From the NCBI RefSeq assembly GCF_024521635.1, contig NW_026250438.1, positions 1 through 64,000 of the forward strand: a stretch of DNA of 64,000 bases, written 5' to 3'. Made by a program: the position numbers and the translations under genes. The stretch comes from Tricharina praecox (lineage: Eukaryota). The notes beneath the pieces are model-generated. The model was not told where the DNA came from. It did no database searches and saw only the letters and a list, made by a program, of their open reading frames with translations. The first letter of the stretch is position 1. The number at the start of each line of letters is the position of its first letter. Below, piece by piece: positions 12,388 to 24,540 of the stretch.

Positions 12388-14597
12388 GGTGAGGGTATTA
12401 ATAAGAGATGCGGGCGTAAGATGTTGGCGAGAGGAGCTGGCAGTGCAGGTACAAACAGAAAGGTTGATAACCTAAACAGAGTCATCGTGCGTCGATCGGA
12501 ACTGCCAAGAAGTCGGGGTCGACTTAGACTGGTCTGGGTTAGTCCACTCCCATACATAACGTTTGCAGGACGGCATAGAATGATCCATCCAGGAGGAGAA
12601 AGTGGTGGAAGTGGCGACTGTTCCCCGAAGGCCCGAGAAACTGGCCACTGGATGACCAGGCGCGCGGCCCTATCGACGGAGAGGAGCTCGAACTAATATA
12701 GGCGCAGGATGACAGTAGAGGCTCTACGGTATCACTCACTAGAGAGCTCATCAACGATATTCTGTATTTCTGGAGGGAAGGTAAATCTCTGTTTCTTTCA
12801 GATATGGCTCATGCAAATGATGATAAAGAGCAGGTTACTCACTTACTTTGAATGTTGATGAAATCTGATGGTGTGGGGAGAGAGTTTGTGAGAGTTATCA
12901 CGCGATTAGTCACGCTCGTGATCACATTCTTCGTTGAGTTCGGTTCGTGCAATCAACTTCATCCAGTTCTTCACGAGCCAAATCTTCTCACCACGTGAAG
13001 CAATCGATTAGACCACATTATTGAAGAAAAATAATCCATTTCGATTCCCATCAATCAATATGCCACCCGCTCATCATCCACAAATCCACCGCATTAGTTG
13101 AAGAGACAACCCTTCACAAAAAATAAAATAGACCAGCTTTCCCAGCTGAGTCTGATCTCCTCTTATCTTATCCACTTCCAAACGCAGTTCTCAAGATGGC
13201 AGACAACAAATTACCAATTCCTCGTTTTCCGCCTGATCATCGGACATACACAAACATTTTCTGCAACACGTAACATGCATTCCTTCTTCCGCCCATTTCA
13301 ACTTCTCCTCTCCTCCTCTCCTCCTCTCCTCCTCTCCTCCTCTCCTCATTATGTCCAGGTCCCGCCAGCTCCTCGGATCGCCGCCTCTGATTTTCAATCT
13401 TCATATTGTGTGACTGGAATTCGCGAGCACGAATGTTTGAGAGAAGAGGGGCGCAGACCCCAGGACGGATGCTTTTAAGGCGAGGCTCTATACGAAGCTT
13501 GAAAATCAGAGGCGGCGGCGGTTTGAGAAGATGAACGATGCCCCACTTACTCCTTCCCCAGCCTCTTCTAGTCATTCTGTGCCAGCTCCCATGCCACCAG
13601 TTCTTCGCCGGGGTTATCCTGCCCCTCCCCCACCAGCAGCCTTTGTCGACATACTCAGTGCGGTGCCGTCTGATAGGCAGTCGACGCGGGAATCGTCTTA
13701 CCCGGGTTGCGAACGACTTCCGTGCTGTGGATGAAAGGCATCGGGTCGATACGGCACGTATCACGTCCGAGCGAGAACCATAGGATATCGACTCTGGAGG
13801 TGAAGGATCCCCGGTAGGTATGTCTGAGTTGTCTATGAAGCCGCGGAGCGGCGATCCACCGAGGCAAATTCTGGGAAAGGGGAGTGGACTTTGGACAGAC
13901 CTGGTGAGACCGGCTGTTTTGGAGATGATGCTCTTTGTCTTTTGTGAGAGGACCGATGCTGTGAGTCTAACGTTTTGTTTCTGTTTGCTGTGACTTGTTT
14001 AAGTAGTCCTTGCTCGGCTTGTTTTGTTATGTTTCCTTCGTGTCCATCTTATCTTATCAATTCATCAGATCTTATCTCTCCTCTTATCTTATCCATTCAT
14101 CGGATCTTATCTGGCCCTTCTCTTATCTGGAATCTGTATGACAGACAAACGTTCCGCAAAAACAGAAGAATTGCGGTGCATCCGGGAAAAAGGAAAACGA
14201 AAGGTAACGGAAGAACAGAAAAGAACCGCAAGCCATGTCACCCAAATTACCGTATCATGGCAACCAGGAACAAAGTTTTCCCGCCGGCCCGGAAGACTGT
14301 AGCCGTCTCGGGCAACCGCAAAGAAGGACTGGACGCCAGGCTATTCACGTGCAGCCTGACCCACACTAATACTGTCTTCTCTCTCTCTTTCTGTCTTGCT
14401 CGCGATGACTGCCAGATGGTTCCGATGTTGTAAAATTGAGTCCCGTATTTGTTGTTATTTAGGTAGCTGAAGATGTAGGTAGTAAACCGAAGGAGTGACG
14501 TCACATGATGTTCTGTGGCGCTTATATCAGGTATCTGATGATGTGTGGCTGCGGTGCGCTGGAATTATCGTTACCGGGAGCAGTGCTTGCGTGCTTA

Positions 14598-14761
14598 CTG
14601 TATAGTGAAGGGGAGGGTAAAAAATACGCTTTGTGACCGTACCGATACGGAAAAAAGCGTATCGATATGGTGAAAATACGTATTTTGACCGTATTTATAC
14701 GCTATTTGACCGTCCCGAGACGCCAAAAAGCGTATTTTTTACCCTCCCCTTCACTATACAG
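14598..14761. mobile_element. Tc1/mariner-type MITE (164 bp)
   Basis: Perfect 35-bp TIR CTGTATAGTGAAGGGGAGGGTAAAAAATACGCTTT and its reverse complement; TA on both sides (14596-14597, 14762-14763). Confidence 0.9.
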
Positions 14762-15004
14762 TAGGTAGCTACATAGCAATACATTCGCAACCACTAAATG
14801 CGCCACACAGCTAGACGCAAGCGAGATAACGTTCGTCTTCTTCGGCTCAACGCTCAATGAGAAAGAAGTGAATTAGTGATAAACTAACTCTATCTGTCAC
14901 GACCACTATGGCAGGAAGAAGAAGAAGAACGAGAGCGCAGTGGAATACAGGTTGGATCGATTCCGGGGAGAGACAATTTCCCCTTCCCTCTTCTCCTCCT
15001 TCCC

Positions 15005-15646
15005 CTAAACCACAACCTTCCACTTCCGCGCAGTCATCTTCGGCAGTGTATCCGCCGGACTATACTTTCCGGAGTCCCCGTATTCGTACTCCCCCGGTGA
15101 GCAGCTATCACCAGCAGCCCAGACATGCTCGACGACGCCCTTGTTAGTGCCCTTTGGGTAGATATCAAATTTGTTGCAGAAGTGGGAGCTTCTCTCCACG
15201 CTGCCGAAGCAATCGACTACGACGCCTTCGGCTTCGAGCGTGGATGTTTGGAGGTGAGAGATGGGTGTTTTCGGCAGCAGCAGCAGTCCCGCCGTACCGC
15301 CGTGATGGACGATGCGGTAGGTGGGGAACGCGGGGTCGTATTCGAGGATCCCTGGGGCCTGTCAGTAATGCTGGGGAGTGGTGACGAAGGGGGGGACGAA
15401 CCGAGAATCGCGCCGCTGACACACTCCGGCGAGGACGACAGCGCGTCCGAGATTGCATCCGCTGTCGTGACTCTCCCGTACGGGACCTAGCTAACGCATA
15501 GCTTCACTAGCTAGATCGGAATGTTAGCATACGGCCACTGATGAGCAGAAGGCCCCAACTTCCTGGTAAGCGGTTAAGAACTTCCGTGTTGGAGCCTGCT
15601 TGCGGCGGCTAGTAGCAGCGGCTCTCTGGCGAGGCATAGCTTTCAT
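15005..15646 (-). pseudogene. Second alkyltransferase-like gene, PTYR variant, with in-frame TAG (or an alternatively spliced intact gene)
   Basis: complement(join(15005..15351,15402..15510,15560..15646)) gives ...LTAYQELVKLCVS*VPYGRVTTADAISDALSSSPECVSGAILGILEYDPAFPTYRIVHHGG...QTSTLEAEGVVVD. Intron positions and phases match the 11882-12387 paralog. TAG is at 15487-15489. Confidence 0.65.
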
Positions 15647-16341
15647 CTTAGCCGCTGGCGGCATTGTGAGTCGGAAGGTAGAGTACTAGCGATGGAGATT
15701 GTTCTATCACGCGTGTTTCCTGGTATATATAATGAAATAGGAAGAGGTGGTCGAACCCGCGCGATGTCGTCGTACTTACCGCCGTTTGTCGATTGATACC
15801 AACACAGCTTCGACTGTAAAAACTCCCCACTGCCCTACCTAAACGAATGTCCCACACACTGTGAGTGAGGGCATGAATGGTTTCATCTTGTATTCTGCAA
15901 TGCTGTTAGCCCATATCTGTAGTGTTCCATTGGTTACCTGGATTGTTTCCTTGATATTGATCGCGGTTCCCCATTTGAACTGTTCAACTTTCCGACCATT
16001 CGTCTCCTCATATCGATCGCTCTTCATCTCCGTACGGGCACCGGCCTCCAGCAACTGCGCTTTCCCGTTAGTAGCAGTCTTCCTACCATCGGGGGCGTGT
16101 GGTGCACCTGCTATAGTAGACTTACTGAAGCGCATTGCTTCTCCAGATGCTGCTATACAACATTCCGGACCAAGATGATTGAAAGAAAAAAAACCGAGCT
16201 CGGAAGATTGGAGAAAAGGAAAAATAAAATGGTATAAAGAAAAAGAAAAATTAAACGGTGTAAAGAAAAAGAAAGAAAAGAAAAGAAGAAGAAAAAAAAA
16301 AAACAGGACCCCGTCCCCGAACTCAGACGACCACCAAAGAG

Positions 16342-17508
16342 TTAGTCGTCTCCGAAGATCAACTCCGAGGACTCCAAACCCTCTGGTGGCGCATCCTCGT
16401 CCCCGAACAGGCCGTCCCAATTGGTATGGGTATCGTCGAGGGGTGACTCGACGCTCTCAATCGTGGCCGGCGCATTGCCGGACCCTGATAGAAGTGCCAA
16501 TGCGGCATCTATCTCACCGGTCGGATCCCACGGATCGTCATCCTCGGCTGGGTCCCTGTGAGATCGTTAGTGATGTGTTTACCCACGACTTAATCAGAAA
16601 TCTAAACTTACATCTCTTCCAATGCGGCGTCCAGCTCACCGATGAGAGCGTCGAAGTCATCTTCCTCTTCGGATCTGCGAGATCGTTAGTGCTGTGTTTA
16701 GCACGACTTAATCAGAACTCAGAACTTACATCTCCGCCAAAGCGGCATCCAGCTCCGCGGCCAGGTCCACCTCCGCCAACTCCTCCTCTTTCTTCTCGAC
16801 CCTACGCCGCCTCCTGTCAGGCTTCGTAGCACCGACCGACTCTTGGTCCTCGTCCTCGTCCTCCTCCTCCTCTCTTGCGCGCTTCGTCCCCTTCTTCGCC
16901 GCCGCCTTCTCCGCGTCCGACACCCCCTCCGTGTGCATCTCGGAACACTCCAACCCCCCACTCTCCCTCCACAACCAAAACCACCACATCTTCTCCGTCT
17001 CCCAGCCCGTAGGCTTGAGACCCCCCCTCCTCTCACACTCCTCCCTCTTCTCGGCCACCTCCGCGACCAACGCCGCCCTGGCATCCTTCCTCCTACCCCT
17101 CACCGGGATACCAAGGGCGACCTCGGCCCGCTTCAGCACCTCGATCAGCACTGGGACTGTCACCCCCTTCCCAGTCCCAGTCCCGTCGAGGTTACCAACC
17201 GTCCAGATGTTCCATCTAGGATCGGTAGCAGGCGGGAGCGGCGCGTATGGCTGCGGTGCAGCGGGCTGTGGCGGCGGAGACGAACCGGCCACAGACGAAC
17301 CGGCCACGGACGAACCACCAGCAACGGACGGAACGGTGGCGGGGACCTCCCAGTACCGGAGCTTCAGGGTCGTCCGGATGTGCTCCTGCGTCTGCTTGAA
17401 GCGGTACAGCTCCGCATCGGTGGGGGGTTTCGGGCCAGCGGGCTGCGAAGGCGAGGGCGGGGGACTCGGACGACGGTCGCGGCCGCGCTTGTTGGTTCTT
17501 GATGGCAT
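16342..17508 (-). CDS. Hypothetical probably nuclear protein with a SAP-like motif and acidic repeat tail
   Basis: complement(join(16342..16555,16612..16674,16730..17508)); two GTAAGT..ACTAAC..CAG introns; basic clusters (KRGRDRR, RRRRR); motif VTVPVLIEVLKR...LGIPVRGRRKD..AALV. Confidence 0.7.
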
Positions 17509-17683
17509 GGTTGTTGTCATGCCGGTTGTTGGTGGTCCAAGAGAAAGTTGTCGATGGTGAAGAATCACAAGCTCGAAGTATGCTTAGAATTGTTTTTTCT
17601 TCTGGATGGAGGGAAGAAGGAGGGAAGTTGCCGGAGGAATTTATACTTAGATGTTGGCGAAGCAGCGTGAATCGCGAGAATAT

Positions 17684-18945
17684 GTGGCTAGTGAGTTGTG
17701 ATCAGTGTGAATAGTAACTGTGAGTGGGTTGTGAGGACTAACCAACGTTTACGGTAGCGCGCAAACATGTTCCCTAATTGGGTAATTTTTGAAAAACTAG
17801 CTTCTTCAAACCACTTCAAACCACTAGTTCTGGTTCTCCAACAGCAGCAAAAGCTGTGACAGCTCCGTAAACGGTCTTTTGAGCCCCCGCCACTCAGCGA
17901 ACCAAGGCAAAATCCACCCCGAAGATTTACAGCTTCACGAAGCTTGGGCGGTAGACACCTCTGCACGCTATGTCCCTCGCTTTCCACCGGGTCACGTCTG
18001 TTGCGATTCTCGACGGAACTCCATCGGTTTTCACTCTATATTGATAATACGTGCCGTGCGTCTTGGGAATCCTGTATGTTCTCATACTTGCTTCTTCTTC
18101 TTCTGCTTCTGTCTGGTATGTCTAGCTGGTCGTCCGCTGTGTTTTGCGAATAAGTCAAGCAATCGAGCACACTCATATTTTCTCAACAACGTCGTCCTTG
18201 CTCATTTGCGACCACTATCTTGCAGGTAGCTATATTTCCAGGGTGAGATTTCCTATGTTATTTGTTTAGCAGGCAGCAGGGCCACATCGTGTTGGCTGGT
18301 AACGGGGTCAAGAACCCCGGCCGACCAGAGCAGGCAGCAAAGGAGTGCGACGGTTGGCCATAGTCTAGACAGACTTCATGCGAAATCAACTGAATATATA
18401 TCTCTCTCTGACCATCATCTTGGTACTGTCGCTTTGGCGCTTGCAGAGCTCTCCTTTCGCACATATCAAGATTCCCGTCTTCTTTCGCTGTATCATTTTA
18501 TCACAATATAGAGGACACTACCCTCCATCGCTGTCTCTCGCTGCCATATATTTGACATGTTGGATGCATACATCATAACGTGATGAGGCCTAGTTAACGT
18601 GTACGGTAGCGCACAAACATGTTCCCTAATTGAGTTATTTTCGAAACGCTAGCACCTTCAGTGGCTAGTGAGTTGTGATCAGAGTGATTACCACCCTTGC
18701 GCGACTGGTGGGGCCTAGCTAACGTTTACGGTAGCACGCAAACATGTTCCCTAATTGGGTAATTTCAAACCACTAGTTCTAGTTTTCGAGCAGCATAAAA
18801 CCATGGCAGTTATGACAACCGTCTTTTGAGCTCTCCTCGCTGAGTGAATCAAAGTAAAATCGACCCCCAAGGCTTTACAGCTGCACGAAGCTGAGGCCGT
18901 CGACACATCTGCACCTGATGTCACTCATTTTCCTCAGGATGACGT
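17684..18945. repeat. Diverged ~300-bp direct repeat (17684-~18000 vs 18661-~18945) plus a partial third copy at ~18585-18660
   Basis: Shared GTGGCTAGTGAGTTGTGATCAG, AACGTTTACGGTAGC.CGCAAACATGTTCCCTAATTGGGTAATTT, CAAACCACTAGTTCT, GTCTTTTGAGC and TTTACAGCT.CACGAAGCT. Confidence 0.85.
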
Positions 18946-20657
18946 CGCTTTGTCTTTTCAGAATAGCTTAGCCCAGCAGGGTACTGCTTATGTATGTCGG
19001 GTTCTTCGCCGTATAATGAATCGTCAATCCCATCCCGGCTCTAACCTTGCCGCCCCCACAGGACCACAGGGCCACACCCGGAACAACGATCTTCCACCAC
19101 TTGCATTAGCGTGCGATTGGCATCACCCATCTCGGCCCGCAACACCCGAGGCTCCGCCCGCCGCTCGTTCAGGAAAGTGGGGCATCGCGGGGCGCGCGCG
19201 ACATCCCTGGTAGCGTCACCCCCGCAAACGCGATTTCGGGGGGTTACTGCACCGATACAGACAGTGATACACGGGCACGCTGTGCTTCGCGGATGGTTCT
19301 GGAAACGGATTTATGACTTTGTGGAGAAAATATTAGTATAGGCATTAAAGGAGTGACGAAGCTGTTAGACCTTTTCGATCGGAGATGGCGGACAACAGCG
19401 GTATTAATTCAACAGAGAAATGTGTTCAATGGTCATCTCCCTGTTCGCAATCTGTGCTTCCCGTCGAGAATGCCATCTGTTCGAGGCCGGGATTGGCTTT
19501 CATCATACGAGAATTGATTCAGTGCATGGACAGTATACACGAGTGACATGACATGATTGCCCGCGAGATACCTACCTGCTTTTTCTGGCGCAGATGAGTC
19601 GTGAGATTGAAAGTTAGCTATCTAGGCGCTTGCGCTCTATCATTGATCCATATATAAGAAACTGGGCAATGTCACGGTACGATAGTTGTTCGCCAGAGAC
19701 TGCGTATAAGCAACGACACCTAAGTTCTTGATGGTTGTTCATCTAGATTCTAAATTTAGGTGGACGCGGAAAAAGGTAATGGCGTGCTAATTGCGCTGAC
19801 GCCAAGAGTATTGAGATGAGGTAGATGTACCGAGTTGATTAACTCTTAACGATTCCCCGAACATGATATCATTGATACAAACAACCCGCGCGACTTCCCA
19901 GCGGAGGCAATCAAGGGCGTAGTACCCCCGACTCCCCCCCTCCTCGACCTCTGCAGTTTGCCATTAGCGTACTCTAGCCTGGTTCTACCGGATTGTTTGT
20001 GGGCGGTACCTTCCTGCCTTCGTGGCGATGCGCCCCTGTGTATGCATCATCGCATTCGGAGATTGGTTGAAACCTTCCTGCACTCCACAAGGGAGTGTGC
20101 AGTGCGAGAAGACGTCCTTGGACCGAACCGACTCGAAACTCGGCACTGGAGAACTCGGCACTGGAGAACTCGACCTCGAGAAGAAACCTATTTCCGTGAC
20201 GGCGGGAATCGAACTTGGCTATTTCTGGATCGACGCGAGCACATCCGTGTCGACCCTCGAGCTGGCTTCTAGCAACTTGAAGTGTGACTGGAGTATCACC
20301 GACTTCTAACCAAAAGACTCTTTTGGGTCTTCAAAGAAAAAGAAGAAACTTAAGGCTACATAAAGACAAAGTGACGATCGTGATGATCGTGATGATGCCC
20401 CTCCCCTGAGCTCTCGGTTGACATACCGCAGCCAAGGTGCCAAGGTATCGTATGTAAGCGCGCATGAAGCCGGCCACCAGCGCGGATTCTGCGGCGTTTC
20501 GCCGTTTCGGGGGAAAACTGCACCGATACACCGATTAATGTTCCGTGGGGTTTTCGGTTCTAATCCGTTGGAGGGGCTATAAGGGTGTGGGTTCGTCGCC
20601 CTCAGATGATCAGCAGAGAAGAGAAGGAATCAAAAGAACAACAAAGCACAGCACAAC

Positions 20658-21803
20658 ATGGCGACTTCAAATTTCACCCTCAACACCGGCGCTACGATTC
20701 CCGCCATTGGCCTCGGTATGTACATAGATGCAGCCCTGCGACTCATCCCTCGTCGCCCACCCAGCTAACGTCTGATTCCGTACAAAGGCACCTGGCAGTC
20801 CGCGGCCGGCGAAGTCGAAACGGCGGTGTACCACGCGATCACGGTGGCAGGTGTGCGACACATCGACTGCGCGTTTGCCTACGGCAACGAGGCGGAAGTA
20901 GGACGAGCATTCACGCGGGTGTTTTCGGAGGGCAAGGTGTCGCGCTCCGAGGTGTTCGTGACGACGAAGCTGTGGGGAACGTGGCACACGCGCACCACCG
21001 AGGCGCTCGAGGCGTCGCTCAAGAACCTCGGGCTCGACTATGTCGACCTCTACCTTATGCACTGGCCCATCCCGTTGAACCCGAGCGGGAACCATCCTTT
21101 CTTCCCCACGAAACCTGATGGGACTAGGGAGGTCCTCGAGGATTGGTCGTTCGTTGATACGTGGAAGGCGATGGAGAAGCTGGTCGATTCTGGGAAGACG
21201 AAGGTGTGCCCCGCTTAACCCCGCACCTGCCGCCGCCCCCACGAAACTGACATACCCCTGCACAGGCCATCGGTGTGTCCAACTGTTCGATCCCGTACCT
21301 CGAGCACCTCCTCAAGAGCGCGACGATCGTCCCGGCAGTGAACCAGGTGGAGCTGCACCCGCTGCTGCCGCAGGAGAAGCTCGTGGCGTACTGCAAAGAG
21401 AAGGGAATCCGGATGACGGCGTACTCACCACTCGGCTCCACGGGCGGCCCGCTGCTGAAGGACGAGACGGTCAAGAAGGTGGCCGAGAAGCACGGTATTT
21501 CCGTCGGCAATGTGCTGATCAACTGGCTCGGTAACTCCCCGCTCCTCCCCCACCACCCACGACGATCTCGCTAATCAGTGTACCTGCCTAGTCGCCCGCG
21601 GCATAGTCGCAATCCCGAAATCGGTTACTCCCTCGCGGATCGAGGAGAACGCGAAGATTGTCGCGCTCGACGAGGAGGATGTCGAGGCCATCTGGGGGAT
21701 CCACAACGCGCAGGGCGTCAAGAGGTTTGTGTCGCCGCCGTGGCCGGTCAGCCTCCTGTTCGATGACGCGCCGTGGGCGGAGAACTTCAAGACGCTTTTG
21801 TAG
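20658..21803 (+). CDS. NADPH-dependent aldo-keto reductase (GCY1/YPR1/galacturonate-reductase-like)
   Basis: join(20658..20715,20788..21203,21266..21530,21592..21803). Motifs: LNTGATIPAIGLGTW, RHIDCAFAYGNE, FVTTKLW, LDYVDLYLMHWP, IGVSN, NQVELHP, AYSPLG, IPKS. Confidence 0.95.
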
Positions 21804-22852
21804 ATGGCGATGGGGGAGGAGTGTAAAATACCTACATAGATCACTACTTGACCTTGAATGAATGTAAATGTGTGCTGCATCAAAGGAAGAATTCGGGGAA
21901 GGTTCGGGGCGAGGGGTGGAAGCCGGATCTTTAGATCCCGTGTAATGTATAAACTCAACACGCACCACAGCCACTCACCGAAACGCGCACCCGCTGTCAG
22001 CAGAGTTACCCATGCACCAGCCCTGCCTTTCCTTCAAGCGTTGCACCTACGTCCCGCCCGTTCTGCCGTGTACGAACGCGAGACCTGCCACACTCACTCT
22101 ACATACTATCCATCACACGAAACGAATCCGCGATTGCGTTTGTAGGTGGATGAGAAAGCCGCTGCAGTTATGCGGCGCCGGGGCGGGAGCCTTCTTCAAC
22201 GCTTTACACGTAGGAAAGATCGTCACACGCGGGAAGGAGCGGGAACGTGCACTCTCTCGGAGTCGAATCAGTCGAGATCTTCCAGTTCCCGAGCGACGGG
22301 GTCCGGTGAGAACTGACGGGCACTACACACCGCATTCTTCCCGTACCGTATGTAGCGATCCCGGCCGGTAATCTCACTTCCCGCTCCCGGCGATGCGGGT
22401 GCCAGCCTCCAGGTATCTAAGCTTAAGTACACATCAGTAACTACGGTATCATCCTCACGTCAACGTCTCACGAGATCCGAAGTATTGGTGCCTACTGTGA
22501 CTTTCTTTCGCAAGAAATGCATGATACCGTATACCGGTGCCTTGGATGAACTCGCACCTTCTCGACGAGCTCGAGTGTGACCGATTCCGCCCCCGGTGCC
22601 CACCGATTGCACTCCTCGTATGTAGCATTGTATGTAGCACAGCACAGCACAACACAAGCAGCTCAGCGTCAGTGTGACCTCGCGCAGCTGCACTCCGCAA
22701 ACAAACCGCACTTCATCCATCCAAGTGGTGCACCACGCGCCTCCTTTCACGGCCGACGACGACCACCGATAAAACCCCGCATCGAACACCCACCATACGG
22801 CTCCCACCAGACAGCACCCACTCACACACCACGCGCGACACGACACGACGCA

Positions 22853-23324
22853 ATGCACCTCCTACACGTCCTCCACCTCCTCCTCGCGCTCATCCTCTCC
22901 ACCCTCGCCATCACCGTCGCCGCCACGGCCCCGGAGCAGCAGCAACAACGCATCATCGGCCCGATCCACGTATGGGTCGAGCTCTTCGACAACGCGAACT
23001 TCCGCGGCGCCTCGTTCCAGGGGATGGTGGTGACCAAGCTGTGCCACGGGGTTGGACAGCGGCGTGGCCGTGTTTGCCTCCCCCTCCCCCCGTATACCAC
23101 TGATGAAGAGAGAGGGAGAGACGCTGATGCAGAGAGGGGAGGGGGGGTAGATCTCGAGCTACGCGGTCGCGAACGGGTGCTGCGATTTCTATGCGGGCGA
23201 CGGGTGCGATCCGGCACAGTACCTATTCTCGGCAAAGGATAGGCGTGATGGAAGGTTGCGGGAAAATGATGATCGCATTGGAAGCTTTTGGTGCGAGCAG
23301 GGGGCGTGTGCTGGGCCGCGGTAG
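22853..23324 (+). CDS. Small secreted Cys-rich beta/gamma-crystallin-like protein A (130 aa)
   Basis: join(22853..23071,23151..23324). Signal peptide, then VELFDNANFRG...LCHG...GR|ISSYAVANGCCDFYAGDGC...LFSA..RR...NDDRIGSFWC...C. Confidence 0.8.
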
Positions 23325-24149
23325 GACGTGGTGGTAGAACATCTACGGGATGGAATGGGACTGTGAATAATGTTGCTTTCGTACTCTCAGTGTTGGGGGC
23401 GATGGGAACTTTTGCGAATTGGCGATGCCCATATGTCCGCCCAGATGCCCAACGCTCATTGCACATCGCTTTGGTCAGGGGTGCAGATGATGGCCATCGT
23501 GACACAAGAACAGATCATAAGATATCACGCAAGCAATTTCATTTCATCTTCGGCACTCGCCGCTGCGTTATCTTCCCACCCAACCCGCAGTATTAGTTCT
23601 GAGAACATCATATTGTCCTCTGTACATAAAATCATTCAACACAAACAGTTTTGTTCCATGCAGGGATCATCTAGAGTGCCTTATAATTTCGGTTCTTCAG
23701 CTTTGCAGCGTTGAAGCTCTAACATTATTTGCTAGATGTCGCGGCATCTAGTTGCGGTCAGCCGCAATCGTAGACGTTGTCTCCCAACGAAAGAAAAACA
23801 ATTATCCCTCAGCTCCTCTGCTAGCGATCATTCACCTCAACCTTCATTCGCACCGCTATATCTTCCCTCTTCATCTCCTGGTGTGACCTTGCCGACTGCC
23901 TTGCCGGCCCGATCTACTCGGATCCGTCTTGGCAACCGTGACAGGTCCCCCCTCCGCCGAAAGCTCGGTTCCCGAGCTTAAACCGCTCACTCTTGCCATC
24001 AGGCACACCGCGCCATTATACATATATCTCATCATCATTCCTCTCTCTCCACACTCGCCATTTCTATCACCTTTGCTCCCTCCTCTCTTACTTCCCACGT
24101 CGTGATCCTTCCGCTCGCTCTCCCGTCGGATGAATCCGCATCCGTCCTC

Positions 24150-24540
24150 AGTGCGACGTTCCTCGACAGGCAGTCAACATGCGGGATGGACTTGCCCGGT
24201 TTATGGATGATGTCCATATTATCGATAAATGGCATCAAGGCCATCCTGAATTTGTCGAGTTTGAGGGAATACGACGTCGAGGCGGACGACCGGAGGATGC
24301 CTGGGATCGCGGAGTGGTCTGTGAATACACGGAATGGCGATCCGTCTAGATATTGTCGGAGACAACCTACGGCCCACGCTAGGCAAGCTATCCCCAGTTC
24401 TGAGGCCTCGTATTCAGCCTCATACGGTAATGTGGATCGTGATATGTATAGGATAGGTCTCTCCAAAATCTTCCCTGGCTTCGGCGGTGTCTCGATGGTG
24501 AATGTCTTCGCCATTGCCGCCAGATCTGCTTCGTAGTTCT
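24150..24540 (-). mobile_element. Ty3/Gypsy pol fragment (RNase HI domain)
   Basis: ERPILYISRS...EAEYEASELGIACLAWAV..LRQYLDGSPFRVFTDHSAI...IIHKPGK...VDCLSR matches the Gypsy RNase H signature; no RT or integrase nearby. Confidence 0.9.

Noticed and set aside
13197..13930. Possible decayed gene on the + strand (MADNKLPIPRF..., intron-like pyrimidine tract)
   Set aside because: Several stops in the best frame and no recognisable family; I checked for a third ATL-like copy and found no convincing motifs.
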